DNA of 64,000 nucleotides. Source: a virus. The DNA lies in IMG/VR virus record IMGVR_UViG_3300012936_000003, positions 39,801-103,800 of that record; one strand, written 5' to 3'. Below are positions 50,859 to 59,327 of the stretch, in pieces (the stretch's first letter is position 1; the number at the start of each line of letters is the position of its first letter). Under the pieces are notes generated by a model. The model saw nothing but the letters and a program-made list of their open reading frames with translations, ran no database searches and was not told where the DNA came from. A program made the translations under genes and the position numbers.

Positions 50859-51693
50859 CAGCTATTTCCTCTAACCGTTGCAGTGTTTCGTCACAACTCC
50901 CTTCATGAAGAACGCCAAAACCACCATGCTCTCTGAAAGGAACAACCTTTCGGGGGTAATCATCAATCAGAACGCAAGGCTTATTTTCTTGCAAGGCGTA
51001 ATCATATTTATCATGAGAGAAGATAACTCTTTTGTCCCACCTATTAATATCTAGTCTGTTTAAATTCTTTTGTATCCATAAAATCTTACCCTCTGCCGAG
51101 GCTGTCCCACCATTGTGATCCATTGGTGAAGTTAACAGCTTTGGCAACGGTTCAATCTTAGAAATTACAGACCACAACTTCTGTCCTTCTGGCAAGAATG
51201 GAAGATTCGCCCACCACTCCTTGTCGTTCTCAAACAGTTCTCCTATAAGAAGTTTTAATTCGTGTGGTCTTTTCTGTTTTCCGACCTTAATATCTGTTAG
51301 GTCCAAACTATCCCCATAGAAGGCTCTCACAGCCTCACAGAGAGCTTCTGTGCCTTCGGGTGGGTTCAGCAGCGCCTCGTTGATAGAAACCGTAGCAGCG
51401 CCTTCAAAGTCCACTAACACGCCATCCATATCGCAGAAGATTTGGTATGGAAATTGCTTTAGCTTTGATAGTTTCATGAGTCTCCCTTGGTTTTCTGGCG
51501 ATCTTTTTACAAGCTGTAAATCTGACACACGGTAACTTTTTACAATTCCGTCAACCAAGACGTGTGCTGTGCCGAAAATAGATTCATACGACACTAGAAC
51601 ACCTGTTTTATTAAAATCGTCTTTTGTTATATCTCTTGGGTGTTTGCTCCTACTCTCAAACGAGAGTATTCTTACTAAGTCTCCTGATTGCAT
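50821..51693 (-). CDS. HAD-family 5'(3')-nucleotidase with N-terminal KOW-like domain
   Basis: FCDMDGVLVDF, K..W, LIDD. Confidence 0.75.
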   Translation of the reverse strand: MQSGDLVRILSFESRSKHPRDITKDDFNKTGVLVSYESIFGTAHVLVDGIVKSYRVSDLQLVKRSPENQGRLMKLSKLKQFPYQIFCDMDGVLVDFEGAATVSINEALLNPPEGTEALCEAVRAFYGDSLDLTDIKVGKQKRPHELKLLIGELFENDKEWWANLPFLPEGQKLWSVISKIEPLPKLLTSPMDHNGGTASAEGKILWIQKNLNRLDINRWDKRVIFSHDKYDYALQENKPCVLIDDYPRKVVPFREHGGFGVLHEGSCDETLQRLEEIADEYLRSDLGENS

Positions 51694-51706
51694 AGTTTAC
51701 TCCATG

Positions 51707-51949
51707 TTACAATTCCTTTGCGCTGTTGATTAGTTCCAACCTTTTAGTTTGAATTAATTGAGGTCCACCTCTGTGCAGCAGGAATCCCCGAGCCTTAGAT
51801 GGTTGCCAAAGAACATATGTGAAGTCTTCGGTCTTAATATTTGACGCTAAAAATTCGTCCATTGGCATGACGAGACCATATCTAAAAACCTGACCTCCGT
51901 CATTCTGAACATACACCAACTCTTTAACTAGAGATCCCACTTTCATCAT
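51707..51949 (-). CDS. Small KOW/SH3-like protein
   Basis: MKVGSLV..G.V..YVLW. Confidence 0.5.
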   Translation of the reverse strand: MMKVGSLVKELVYVQNDGGQVFRYGLVMPMDEFLASNIKTEDFTYVLWQPSKARGFLLHRGGPQLIQTKRLELINSAKEL

Positions 51950-52142
51950 CGCTGGATTCCTCCTCAAGATCTTCGCCAACCTTGACGAGACCCTGTTCAA
52001 TTAAGTGCATGGCTGTTCTACCGTAGTGCCCCTGTAGGGACCACGCAAGCCCAGTGTTTACAAGCCCTTGAAAGAATTGAATCATTTCTTCCTCGGACAT
52101 ATCTCCTTCTTCGTACCTGATAATGTTGTCAATCATAGTCAT
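51924..52142 (-). CDS. Hypothetical phage protein
   Basis: FQ.LV.TG.AWSLQGHYGR motif. Confidence 0.65.
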   Translation of the reverse strand: MTMIDNIIRYEEGDMSEEEMIQFFQGLVNTGLAWSLQGHYGRTAMHLIEQGLVKVGEDLEEESSDDESGISS

Positions 52143-52162
52143 CCTTTTTCCTTTCTGTACAC

Positions 52163-52191
52163 ATCATAACAAATTTGTTTTGCCGTGTCAA
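52163..52191 (-). promoter_or_regulatory. Sigma70 promoter
   Basis: TTGACA-17-TATGAT. Confidence 0.7.
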
Positions 52192-52412
52192 CATTGAATC
52201 ATAATTTTATCTAATATTTTTTCATCAATAGAATTGAAAAGTTTGATAAGACTGTTGTCAGTAACGCTCATCATTAGTTCTACAATGATTTGTCTTTGAC
52301 TGGAAACAGACTTACTTGAATTGATTAGGACTACAACCGCCTTGAGTTCCATTGCTGTCAACTCAATAGGTTCTAGATCTAGAAGTTTTAAATCTACTTT
52401 GTGCCATGCCAT
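52188..52412 (-). CDS. Hypothetical protein
   Basis: Fills gap after exonuclease; start uncertain. Confidence 0.4.
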   Translation of the reverse strand: MAWHKVDLKLLDLEPIELTAMELKAVVVLINSSKSVSSQRQIIVELMMSVTDNSLIKLFNSIDEKILDKIMIQC

Positions 52413-52419
52413 GTAATAA

Positions 52420-53016
52420 CTAGGAGTCATATCTTGGATCATACGGACTTTCGTAAGAATAAATTTGATAATCTGGACATTCCTCTAATAGCTTGTCAAA
52501 AACCAACATTGTTCTTTCGCAATCTACGAGAGCAGTGTGTGCAAGACCTTCAAACTGAATGCCGAAGTGTTCGCACAAATAATCCATTCCGCTTTTTTCA
52601 ATAAGGTTTTTGTTTCTAAGAACGTCTGCCATTGCCTTCGTGTCAATGTAGGGTGGGAAGCTAACCTCGTCCTCATCCCCATAAATCTTGTTGCAGGCTT
52701 CTCCGATAAACCGAAGATCAAAGATTAAATTTTGACCAATCAGGAGATCGGAGTTTTCAATAATTCTTCGCACCTCTGGGAGCACTTCCCTGTGCATTGG
52801 TGCTGTAATATAATCTTCTTCTTTGTAGTGGTTAATTTTGAGTGCAAATGGGTTTGCTGTCTCAATGTGTGCAGGTTTGATCTTTGAATTAAATTTTCCG
52901 ACAACGTATCTCTGACCATCTTCAGAGAGCACGTACTGGATTAGAGCAATGTCAATAATCTCGTGTCGGCTGGCTTCAAGACCTGTGGTCTCTGTATCAA
53001 TAACTGTTAAAATCAT
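52420..53016 (-). CDS. DEDDh 3'-5' exonuclease (DnaQ-like)
   Basis: IDTETTGL, N..FD, HTALVD; AAGGAG RBS. Confidence 0.88.
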   Translation of the reverse strand: MILTVIDTETTGLEASRHEIIDIALIQYVLSEDGQRYVVGKFNSKIKPAHIETANPFALKINHYKEEDYITAPMHREVLPEVRRIIENSDLLIGQNLIFDLRFIGEACNKIYGDEDEVSFPPYIDTKAMADVLRNKNLIEKSGMDYLCEHFGIQFEGLAHTALVDCERTMLVFDKLLEECPDYQIYSYESPYDPRYDS

Positions 53017-53044
53017 CAGTTCTCCTTTAAACAAACTTGCCATA

Positions 53045-53073
53045 ATAATAACACGTTGCAAATCATTTGTCAA
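53045..53073 (-). promoter_or_regulatory. Sigma70 promoter
   Basis: TTGACA-17-TATTAT. Confidence 0.7.
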
Positions 53074-53086
53074 GTATTATTTTTTT

Positions 53087-53623
53087 TTATTCTCCACCAC
53101 CAGTAGCTGCCCACTCAATATAGGTCATAACATTTTCGCTAATGAGGGAATCGTAAACTTCATCATTCAAGGCGTGCCCAAGTCTCTTGGCAAGTCTCCT
53201 GCCACGCTTCCACGCTTCAATTTCTTCGGCAACGGTAGAGACAAGATAAGCCCTGCTTCTAGAAACACGCTTATCACAGCTTGTAGCAAACATAGGGTTG
53301 TCCTTTTCAAAGGACTGCCAATTCTTGTCAATTAGGAGATGACCACACTCATGAAGAAGGGTGTAGTATTTTCTCTCGGGCTTGATTCTAGAGTTGATGA
53401 AGATTGTGTTGTCCGAAGATTCATAACGATCTTCTGCATCGGTTTGGAACACAATCTTGGTGTTGTACTTTTTTGACCACTCTACAATATCATTTATCTG
53501 TTTTTTAAACGTGTCATTTTTCAAGCGTTTTACCTTTTCTGTGGAATCTGTGATCCCTATTACAGTCAAAGCATAGCACATTAGAAAAAGGTTGTCAACA
53601 GTATTCGTTGTGTTGTTTGACAT
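53087..53623 (-). CDS. ImmA/IrrE-like metallopeptidase
   Basis: TLLHECGH..EEIEAW. Confidence 0.7.
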   Translation of the reverse strand: MSNNTTNTVDNLFLMCYALTVIGITDSTEKVKRLKNDTFKKQINDIVEWSKKYNTKIVFQTDAEDRYESSDNTIFINSRIKPERKYYTLLHECGHLLIDKNWQSFEKDNPMFATSCDKRVSRSRAYLVSTVAEEIEAWKRGRRLAKRLGHALNDEVYDSLISENVMTYIEWAATGGGE

Positions 53624-53681
53624 TTTTTACCCAATAAAAACACGTACTTATATTTTAACTAACGCAGCATGATGCATTGCG

Positions 53682-53939
53682 TCACAGGAGACGGTAAATT
53701 AAATTACCATAAACAAGTCCCACGGCAAATGCCATAAGAATACCAACCAAAAAAACAGTATCTTCGTCCGAAGTGTGGCGTTGATCTGATACCTGTGCGG
53801 GTGGTTGTTCTACAAAGTCGGCTTCAAACTTAACATACTTAGGTTCATCGTTAACCCGATCTTGGCTCATCTGATATTGCCTGATAGCGTGCACTTTGTA
53901 TTCCGGTGATTTTCTTACCGGTGAAACTCTTAACTCCAT
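53682..53939 (-). CDS. Hypothetical protein with C-terminal TM helix
   Basis: 85 aa. Confidence 0.5.
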   Translation of the reverse strand: MELRVSPVRKSPEYKVHAIRQYQMSQDRVNDEPKYVKFEADFVEQPPAQVSDQRHTSDEDTVFLVGILMAFAVGLVYGNLIYRLL

Positions 53940-53966
53940 CTTTCATCCTTTAGGTTATTAAAATAA

Positions 53967-54114
53967 ACTGAGGGGGCAATCTCTTGATCATGCCGCTCAA
54001 AGTCACCCTTCGTTTTCATCCACCTAGACAAGTTAACCTCATGGCGGGAGAAGTTATAGGTTCGTTGTGACGTGGAACCTGTCCTCTATAATATATAAAA
54101 TCATGACCCTCAGT
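53967..54114 (-). ncRNA. Candidate structured ncRNA
   Basis: ACTGAGGG/CCCTCAGT closing stem, AGGTTC/GAACCT hairpin, GTCAC/GTGAC possible pseudoknot. Confidence 0.35.
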
Positions 54115-54209
54115 ATTCGCTTATCTCAACCTACTTCAACATAAACTCCTTATCCTGACCGTTGGTATAGAGGCTGCTATTAATAAATATAGCCTCGGAT
54201 AAAGAAATC

Positions 54210-54419
54210 TTAATTTTGCTGATAATAATCTTCATTTAATGTTCCACAGTTAAGACACTTGAAGATAGGAATGGGTACAACGGCATCCTTTCCAGTTGGA
54301 GATACGGATGCTGGGACTTTCTTCAACGTGACAACGGTTTCATACACATTTGTTCCACAGTTCTTGCACGGAACATCTTCCGCTTTTGTAAAATCAAAAT
54401 TTTGTAGATGCTGATTCAT
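54210..54419 (-). CDS. Zinc-ribbon protein
   Basis: CKNCG..CLNCG. Confidence 0.65.
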   Translation of the reverse strand: MNQHLQNFDFTKAEDVPCKNCGTNVYETVVTLKKVPASVSPTGKDAVVPIPIFKCLNCGTLNEDYYQQN

Positions 54420-54436
54420 TTGCTACTCCTTGTATA

Positions 54437-54465
54437 ATAATATCACTAGAACTCTAGTTTGTTAA
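54437..54465 (-). promoter_or_regulatory. Sigma70 promoter
   Basis: TTAACA-17-TATTAT. Confidence 0.55.
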
Positions 54466-54468
54466 GTT

Positions 54469-55302
54469 TTATTTTCTTCTGTGACGGGTTCCGGCTCTGG
54501 CTGCATTAGAAACTCGGAGTCTTGGCAGTCCACGAACAGAAAGCGGGTGAACCCCAAAGGGTCTTCTTTTCAAGGGGAAGGATCGGAAAGCCTCGCTCAG
54601 ACCCTGCTTGGTCGTTATCTTATGCCACCTGCTATACATTCTAACATAATGTTTTCGGGGTTCCGACTGAAATCCGGTTTTGGAATTACCAGTAAGGCTT
54701 GTATCCCTTCTATTCACCAAATAAAGAGTCTTTTTTATTCTAAGGACAGAACTCTTTCCAAAGATTGCAATGCACCTTTTATAATATTCGCTGTCGGCTG
54801 CAAACCTCACTGAATCAAAATACCCTATTTCTTTAACGAGGCTCTTTGGAAAACATTGGGATATACAGCAAAAAACAGTGGTTTTTCTAGTTGCCGTAGC
54901 CGAGCGACCAGCACATTCAACCGCTGTAATTTTTACACCGGGCTGTTTATTGATGTGAGGTTTCATCAACTCTGTGACGTAGTTTTTCTCGGCAGTGTCA
55001 TCGGAGTCGTGACCAGTAATATATTCTCCCGAGGCAAGCTGAATTGCCTTGTTTTTGGAAACATAAGTTCCTACGTTTCTGGAATTTCGTATATACTTAA
55101 TATCATGTCTGTGGTCTTTATATTCCTGAACTAATCTACGAATGATCTTCACTGTGTCGTCTGAAGATTTGTCGTCTACGATCAGAAGTTCCAGAGAGGG
55201 GTAGTCTTGCTGCATCACGGATGCGACAGCAGCTTCAACCGTTTCGCTACTATTGAAAGTGGTCATGATTACTGTAACGGTTGGGTATTCTTCTTTACGC
55301 AT
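54469..55302 (-). CDS. Glycosyltransferase family 2
   Basis: VTVIMTTFN, IVDDKSSD, HDSDD. Confidence 0.88.
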   Translation of the reverse strand: MRKEEYPTVTVIMTTFNSSETVEAAVASVMQQDYPSLELLIVDDKSSDDTVKIIRRLVQEYKDHRHDIKYIRNSRNVGTYVSKNKAIQLASGEYITGHDSDDTAEKNYVTELMKPHINKQPGVKITAVECAGRSATATRKTTVFCCISQCFPKSLVKEIGYFDSVRFAADSEYYKRCIAIFGKSSVLRIKKTLYLVNRRDTSLTGNSKTGFQSEPRKHYVRMYSRWHKITTKQGLSEAFRSFPLKRRPFGVHPLSVRGLPRLRVSNAARAGTRHRRK

Positions 55303-56026
55303 ATTTCAGCACCAGCTTGATTGCATCACTAAACGTAATTCCATCAAGAAGCTGAGCGTTTGGAACCACACAGTGACCTCCAATTTTTTCGCCGGGAGGC
55401 GTAAGGGTGGGTCGGATAACATTGTCTTTACCCAAGGCGGCATACCCGGTATTGTAAGTGTCATTAAACATGGTCACAGCTTCGTTAAAATCAACACCGA
55501 TCTCGTCACAGATTTTTTTCATTTCTCCGTGCCATGCAATAACGACACCATAATAGGTTGTACTCAAGAGTTTTCCAAGCTCAGAAGCTCGGGAGGATGA
55601 AACAATTTCAGTTGTAATACCCAGAGACTCAAAGTGTTTAGAAGCAAGCTCTGCATCATCAGCAGTGTCTCCACCTATGAATTTCGTAAAGGTCATGATA
55701 CCTTCATACAGATTGGGGTGGACTCCCCTTACGGGACTGTGCACAACTCTCATCTCGGTCGTATCAGATATGATGTTGGTGGTTCCCGGCAGGACGGTGG
55801 AATGGATTATGGTTAATTTTGGATTAGATTCAACGATTTGTTTACACACTGCATCTACAAACTGATCAGAGGAAACGAATGGAATACAAATGTTCAAAAC
55901 ATCTAATTCTTTTAATCCATCGTCTCGGTTTAGATCTTTAATAAAGATCTCTGCATCAGAGTGAGCCTTATATACTGATTCAACAGAACTTCCAATTTCA
56001 CCGTGTCCTAATATTCCAATCTTCAC
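55295..56026 (-). CDS. UDP-glucose/GDP-mannose dehydrogenase family protein (short form)
   Basis: GHGEIG Rossmann, STVLPGT, SELGK, GGHCV. Confidence 0.8.
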   Translation of the reverse strand: MKIGILGHGEIGSSVESVYKAHSDAEIFIKDLNRDDGLKELDVLNICIPFVSSDQFVDAVCKQIVESNPKLTIIHSTVLPGTTNIISDTTEMRVVHSPVRGVHPNLYEGIMTFTKFIGGDTADDAELASKHFESLGITTEIVSSSRASELGKLLSTTYYGVVIAWHGEMKKICDEIGVDFNEAVTMFNDTYNTGYAALGKDNVIRPTLTPPGEKIGGHCVVPNAQLLDGITFSDAIKLVLKYA

Positions 56027-56046
56027 AGAACAACCCTCGCTTGTTT

Positions 56047-56055
56047 ATAAATAGT
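56047..56055 (-). promoter_or_regulatory. Putative late promoter ACTATTTAT
   Basis: Recurrent motif. Confidence 0.55.
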
Positions 56056-56056
56056 T

Positions 56057-56332
56057 TTAGCAAGATTTTATGTGCGCTGGAATTTCTCTTTTAAGGAGAG
56101 AGTTTCTTTTTTCTATGGCGTGAGCCCGACTAGAGTATTCTTTTTCTAGGACTTTGCCGTTGAGATACCAGACAACTTTACACACTGGTCCTACTGGGTA
56201 GTCGTGCGTTTCAAAGTTGACGTAATCTCCCAACTCCCAATTGTCGGGGCAGTAGTTCGGACGGAGTTCTTTTTCTTGCTCCGTGAGGTGCTTGTGTTGG
56301 TTAGGATCCATCTTCTTTCGTATCCTCCTCAC
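56057..56332 (-). CDS. Hypothetical protein
   Basis: About 91 aa; start uncertain. Confidence 0.5.
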   Translation of the reverse strand: MRRIRKKMDPNQHKHLTEQEKELRPNYCPDNWELGDYVNFETHDYPVGPVCKVVWYLNGKVLEKEYSSRAHAIEKRNSLLKREIPAHIKSC

Positions 56333-56525
56333 TGGCTGGCTCCTCTTTGTTGTTGGCAGGGTTCTGGGCTAGGTTGTTAAACATGCCCATGAAAGCCCCT
56401 AGAGCGTCGTTGAAGCCGTTCCAGTTACTATTAAGTAGCTCAGCTTGCAGTTCCATCTGGCGCTTCATCAGCGTTTGCATTTCGGCGACAATCTCCTCGG
56501 CAGACTTTTTATTTTCATCACTCAT
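56301..56525 (-). CDS. Hypothetical protein
   Basis: 74 aa, AAGGAG RBS, ACTAATTAT at 56595-56603. Confidence 0.6.
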   Translation of the reverse strand: MSDENKKSAEEIVAEMQTLMKRQMELQAELLNSNWNGFNDALGAFMGMFNNLAQNPANNKEEPASEEDTKEDGS

Positions 56526-56618
56526 TTTGGTATCTCCTTTTTTACCTTACTCATATGCAAAAAGCGTGCCAACTTAACGACACACTTGTTTTAAATAATT
56601 AGTTTTTTGATTTAAAAA

Positions 56619-56828
56619 TTAGGTTTTTCTTTCACCCAAGGTTTCTAATGATTTCCAACTGCACCATTCGCTAGTACCAGCACCACACGACTCTAGCGAA
56701 TGCCCGGTAGTTTGCCACAATACTTTGTATGACTCGGAAGACGAGTTTCCCTCTATAACCACTCCAATCTTCTCTGTAAGCCAGTCTTGTACGAGATCCC
56801 CAACACTGATTCGCTGCTCACCCTTCAC
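56619..56828 (-). CDS. Small KOW/SH3-like protein
   Basis: SVGDLV..GVVI..YKVLW; GTG start. Confidence 0.55.
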   Translation of the reverse strand: MKGEQRISVGDLVQDWLTEKIGVVIEGNSSSESYKVLWQTTGHSLESCGAGTSEWCSWKSLETLGERKT

Positions 56829-57006
56829 TGACCATCTCCATGTCACAAGACTGGACAAAAGTGAAATAATCAGCATCAAGACGCTTAACCTTCCACTCTG
56901 TCCCGTATGTGCGATACTGCTGACTGACAACGATGGCAAGTTTCTTGCCCTCGTGCTTTGTCCACACTTTTACGAGATCGCCAACCCCTGCTAACGAACT
57001 AGCCAT
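56818..57006 (-). CDS. Small KOW/SH3-like protein
   Basis: GVGDLVKV..AIVV..WKV. Confidence 0.55.
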   Translation of the reverse strand: MASSLAGVGDLVKVWTKHEGKKLAIVVSQQYRTYGTEWKVKRLDADYFTFVQSCDMEMVSEG

Positions 57007-57281
57007 TAGCGATCCTCCCAGACACGCCAGCCAGCTTGGGTGATGGCACCAGTGCCACCGTTCTTCTGCTTCTTGTGAGAGGCGAAGATCTCCTCACCGT
57101 TCGGCATACGAAGAACATACTGAGAGCCCCGGACGTGCTCAATAACAAGAGCACCCTGAAAACCTTCTTGGGTGATGAGTTTGCCGACGATTGCCTGACG
57201 CTCTTTTGCAAACTGTCGTCGCTGTTCTGCTGTCAGACGCTGACGACCACCACGGTTTTTACGACGATTATTGTTTTCCAT
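57006..57281 (-). CDS. Basic hypothetical protein
   Basis: MENNNRR.. with AAGGAG RBS. Confidence 0.6.
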   Translation of the reverse strand: MENNNRRKNRGGRQRLTAEQRRQFAKERQAIVGKLITQEGFQGALVIEHVRGSQYVLRMPNGEEIFASHKKQKNGGTGAITQAGWRVWEDR

Positions 57282-57291
57282 TTTAATCTCC

Positions 57292-57777
57292 TTACGCTGC
57301 TGCCGAGACAAGCTCAAGGTCTCGCTCGGGGTAACTGTTGTATTGATTCTTCTCTCTACCTACCCAATCTACACGGCAGTATTTGTTGCCACCAGCTTCA
57401 ACAACGAGACCGACGGCACCAGCATATCCTTGACGCTGGGCTCGCTTGTTCTGCTTACCACGCACAAGAGACCCAACAGGAAACTTGGCAGGAGGAGGAC
57501 AGAAATGATTGCAGAACTGACCAGCATTGTCAAGAAAGAAGCCAGCGAAATAATCTGTCATCAGGTCAGACACATCATCCACACGACGAACGTGGAAACC
57601 ACGAGCTTCTTGAACACCCTCAAGGCGTTGATACTTGCCATCAACATCGCCCCAAGCATCTTCGTAACGCCAAGAGCCGACATAGCCATCTTTCTCAATA
57701 TAACATTTGCCGTTGTAGCCTTCTTGAATCTCAAGACCAAGTTTAGCAAGTTTCTTTTCAAATCTTTCTTTTCTCAT
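57292..57777 (-). CDS. Hypothetical protein with C-terminal KOW-like domain
   Basis: FPVGSLVRG..GLVVE..RVDWV. Confidence 0.6.
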   Translation of the reverse strand: MRKERFEKKLAKLGLEIQEGYNGKCYIEKDGYVGSWRYEDAWGDVDGKYQRLEGVQEARGFHVRRVDDVSDLMTDYFAGFFLDNAGQFCNHFCPPPAKFPVGSLVRGKQNKRAQRQGYAGAVGLVVEAGGNKYCRVDWVGREKNQYNSYPERDLELVSAAA

Positions 57778-57832
57778 TTTATCTCCTTGGGGAAAGGTTA
57801 ATGAGTAGTCTCAACGACCACCCTACATACAT

Positions 57833-57861
57833 AATATAGATCATTATGACCTAGAAGTCAA
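57833..57861 (-). promoter_or_regulatory. Early sigma70 promoter
   Basis: TTGACT-17-TATATT. Confidence 0.7.
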
Positions 57862-58118
57862 GCATTATTTTTGTTTTTTTTAAGATTTTTGTACTTTTCT
57901 GGGGAGACCAAATAACATTGATACTCCGTTGTCCGCTTTCCGTCAGCCCATTGGACAAGCCATTTAGGTTGGCGACTGCCGACACCCATTGTCTGGGTCT
58001 TATGTTCCAGTATGATGCCGGGGTTGTGGTAGTTCTCCGCAGCGTGCATAAAGGGTTGTGCGGTTGTGTGCCAACACACGAGGTCTCCAACTTTATATTC
58101 TACATCATAAATATTCAA
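57858..58118 (-). CDS. Small KOW/SH3-like protein
   Basis: YKVGDLV..GIIL..LVQWADG. Confidence 0.6.
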   Translation of the reverse strand: MNIYDVEYKVGDLVCWHTTAQPFMHAAENYHNPGIILEHKTQTMGVGSRQPKWLVQWADGKRTTEYQCYLVSPEKYKNLKKNKNNA

Positions 58119-58309
58119 GCACAGACCTCAAGTTTCTTAGCGGGTTGCCAAAACACCTGACCGTCAATCTGACTTGCCTCGGTCCAGCAAACTTTAGCCC
58201 ATCGCTCTCCGGTTGTTTCGTTTGTGTCAAACTCAAGAACGATGCCTGTCCATGTCTTATAGGACCAGCCCTTGATTGTCTGAACAAGATCTCCAACTTT
58301 TATTTCCAT
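58115..58309 (-). CDS. Small KOW/SH3-like protein
   Basis: IKVGDLV..GIVLE..AKVCW. Confidence 0.6.
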   Translation of the reverse strand: MEIKVGDLVQTIKGWSYKTWTGIVLEFDTNETTGERWAKVCWTEASQIDGQVFWQPAKKLEVCA

Positions 58310-58330
58310 AATCTCTCCAAAAGAAATGTC

Positions 58331-58464
58331 AAGGGTTCCCAGCTTCCCTTAACCGACTGTAGCCTGCCCTGAGAATCACTCTCACGCTTACGCAACCACG
58401 GGACACCCTTATTGCTCGGAAGACTTACCGAATGTCCGCTCTGGTCTACAGCCCCCACGGGCAT
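58331..58464 (-). ncRNA. Candidate structured ncRNA / leader
   Basis: GGCTGTAG/CTACAGTC, GGACA/TGTCC, TGAGA/TCTCA, TGCCC/GGGCA, AAGGGT/ACCCTT. Confidence 0.35.
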
Positions 58465-58470
58465 ATTACT

Positions 58471-58575
58471 TTATTTCTTGGTGGCAGCAAGCAAGGCTTC
58501 GGCAGCCTCCTTGTCACCCTTCTCCCAAACTTTTAAAAGAAGTTTTAAAGCCTGTTTGATTTGTTCGTCTGTCAT
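58471..58575 (-). CDS. 34-aa helical peptide (not in ORF track)
   Basis: MTDEQIKQALKLLLKVWEKGDKEAAEALLAATKK with GAGGT RBS and own promoter. Confidence 0.55.
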   Translation of the reverse strand: MTDEQIKQALKLLLKVWEKGDKEAAEALLAATKK

Positions 58576-58605
58576 AACAATAACCTCACTCTCAATCACA
58601 TATAC

Positions 58606-58634
58606 AATATAGCAGGTGAGGCACCAGAAGTCAA
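58606..58634 (-). promoter_or_regulatory. Early sigma70 promoter
   Basis: TTGACT-17-TATATT. Confidence 0.7.
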
Positions 58635-58736
58635 GTAAAAAACGCAAAACGAACGAAAAAAATTTCCTGTTATTTTTCGCTTATTTAGCCGTTTTTGATT
58701 TTGGCGGGAAAAAAATTCCGGGTGTTAAAAAATTTT

Positions 58737-58979
58737 TCAGTAATCCCAACGATCTTTTACACCAAAATACTGTAGAACTGATCTACGAATCATATGCTCT
58801 GATGGGTTAGATGAAGGGATAATATGGTTAGGGGCAACATACATTGTTCCGTGAGGGCAATCGCAAATACCGGGTGCGATAGAAGTGAAGCCAACCCCAA
58901 TTTCGCCGGTAAAAATTTTCTCACTTGGTATGTCCTCCCCTACGACATAAATAAAATAATTTAGTTCGTCAGGTCTCAT
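58737..58979 (-). CDS. Hypothetical protein
   Basis: 80 aa, weak RBS. Confidence 0.35.
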   Translation of the reverse strand: MRPDELNYFIYVVGEDIPSEKIFTGEIGVGFTSIAPGICDCPHGTMYVAPNHIIPSSNPSEHMIRRSVLQYFGVKDRWDY

Positions 58980-58995
58980 AAAATAATTATGCCCT

Positions 58996-59027
58996 AAAAA
59001 AAAAGAAGCCCGACTTTCGTCGGGCTC
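58996..59027 (-). terminator. Rho-independent terminator
   Basis: AGCCCGAC-GAAA-GTCGGGCT followed by T9. Confidence 0.85.
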
Positions 59028-59045
59028 CTAGAAGTTAGTATTATC

Positions 59046-59252
59046 GTGCTTAGCCTTCCGGGCGGGTTCCTCACCTTGCCGCCTTGCTTACTTACCTTTT
59101 ACAACTCCCTTCCGGGACACATTCATGGGTAAGATTGAACGTGGAATGCATCGTGGGTAACGCACTCTATGCACATTCTCAATCTAGGTTCATCCTATCC
59201 GGATATTCCGCTGATGTGCATTCCTACCATTAGTTTCGGCAAGGGTAAGCAC
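59046..59252 (-). ncRNA. Candidate structured ncRNA (~207 nt)
   Basis: GTGCTTACCCTTGCCG/CGGAAGGCTAAGCAC end pairing, TCCC-GGAA-GGGA, GGCGG/CCGCC, internal helices; followed by terminator. Confidence 0.45.
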
Positions 59253-59327
59253 AGATGCTTCATTCATAGAATAAAAGAATCATACTCTTATTTCCTATTT
59301 TCCTGTTACGAGCAAGGCGCTCTGTTG

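Noticed and set aside
57036-57801. Long plus-strand ORFs (236 and 176 aa)
   Set aside because: Antisense to minus-strand genes that have RBS and promoter; no motifs
58360-58400. Pistol ribozyme resemblance (TAAGCG-TGAGA..TCTCA-GG-GCAG)
   Set aside because: No room for the pistol pseudoknot strand and no P1
59046-59252. RNase P RNA, 6S RNA or group II intron domain V
   Set aside because: No GAGGAAAGTCC/CR-V motifs; multibranched rather than rod-like; the GAGCCCG..GAAA hairpin is perfect and followed by Ts, i.e. a terminator
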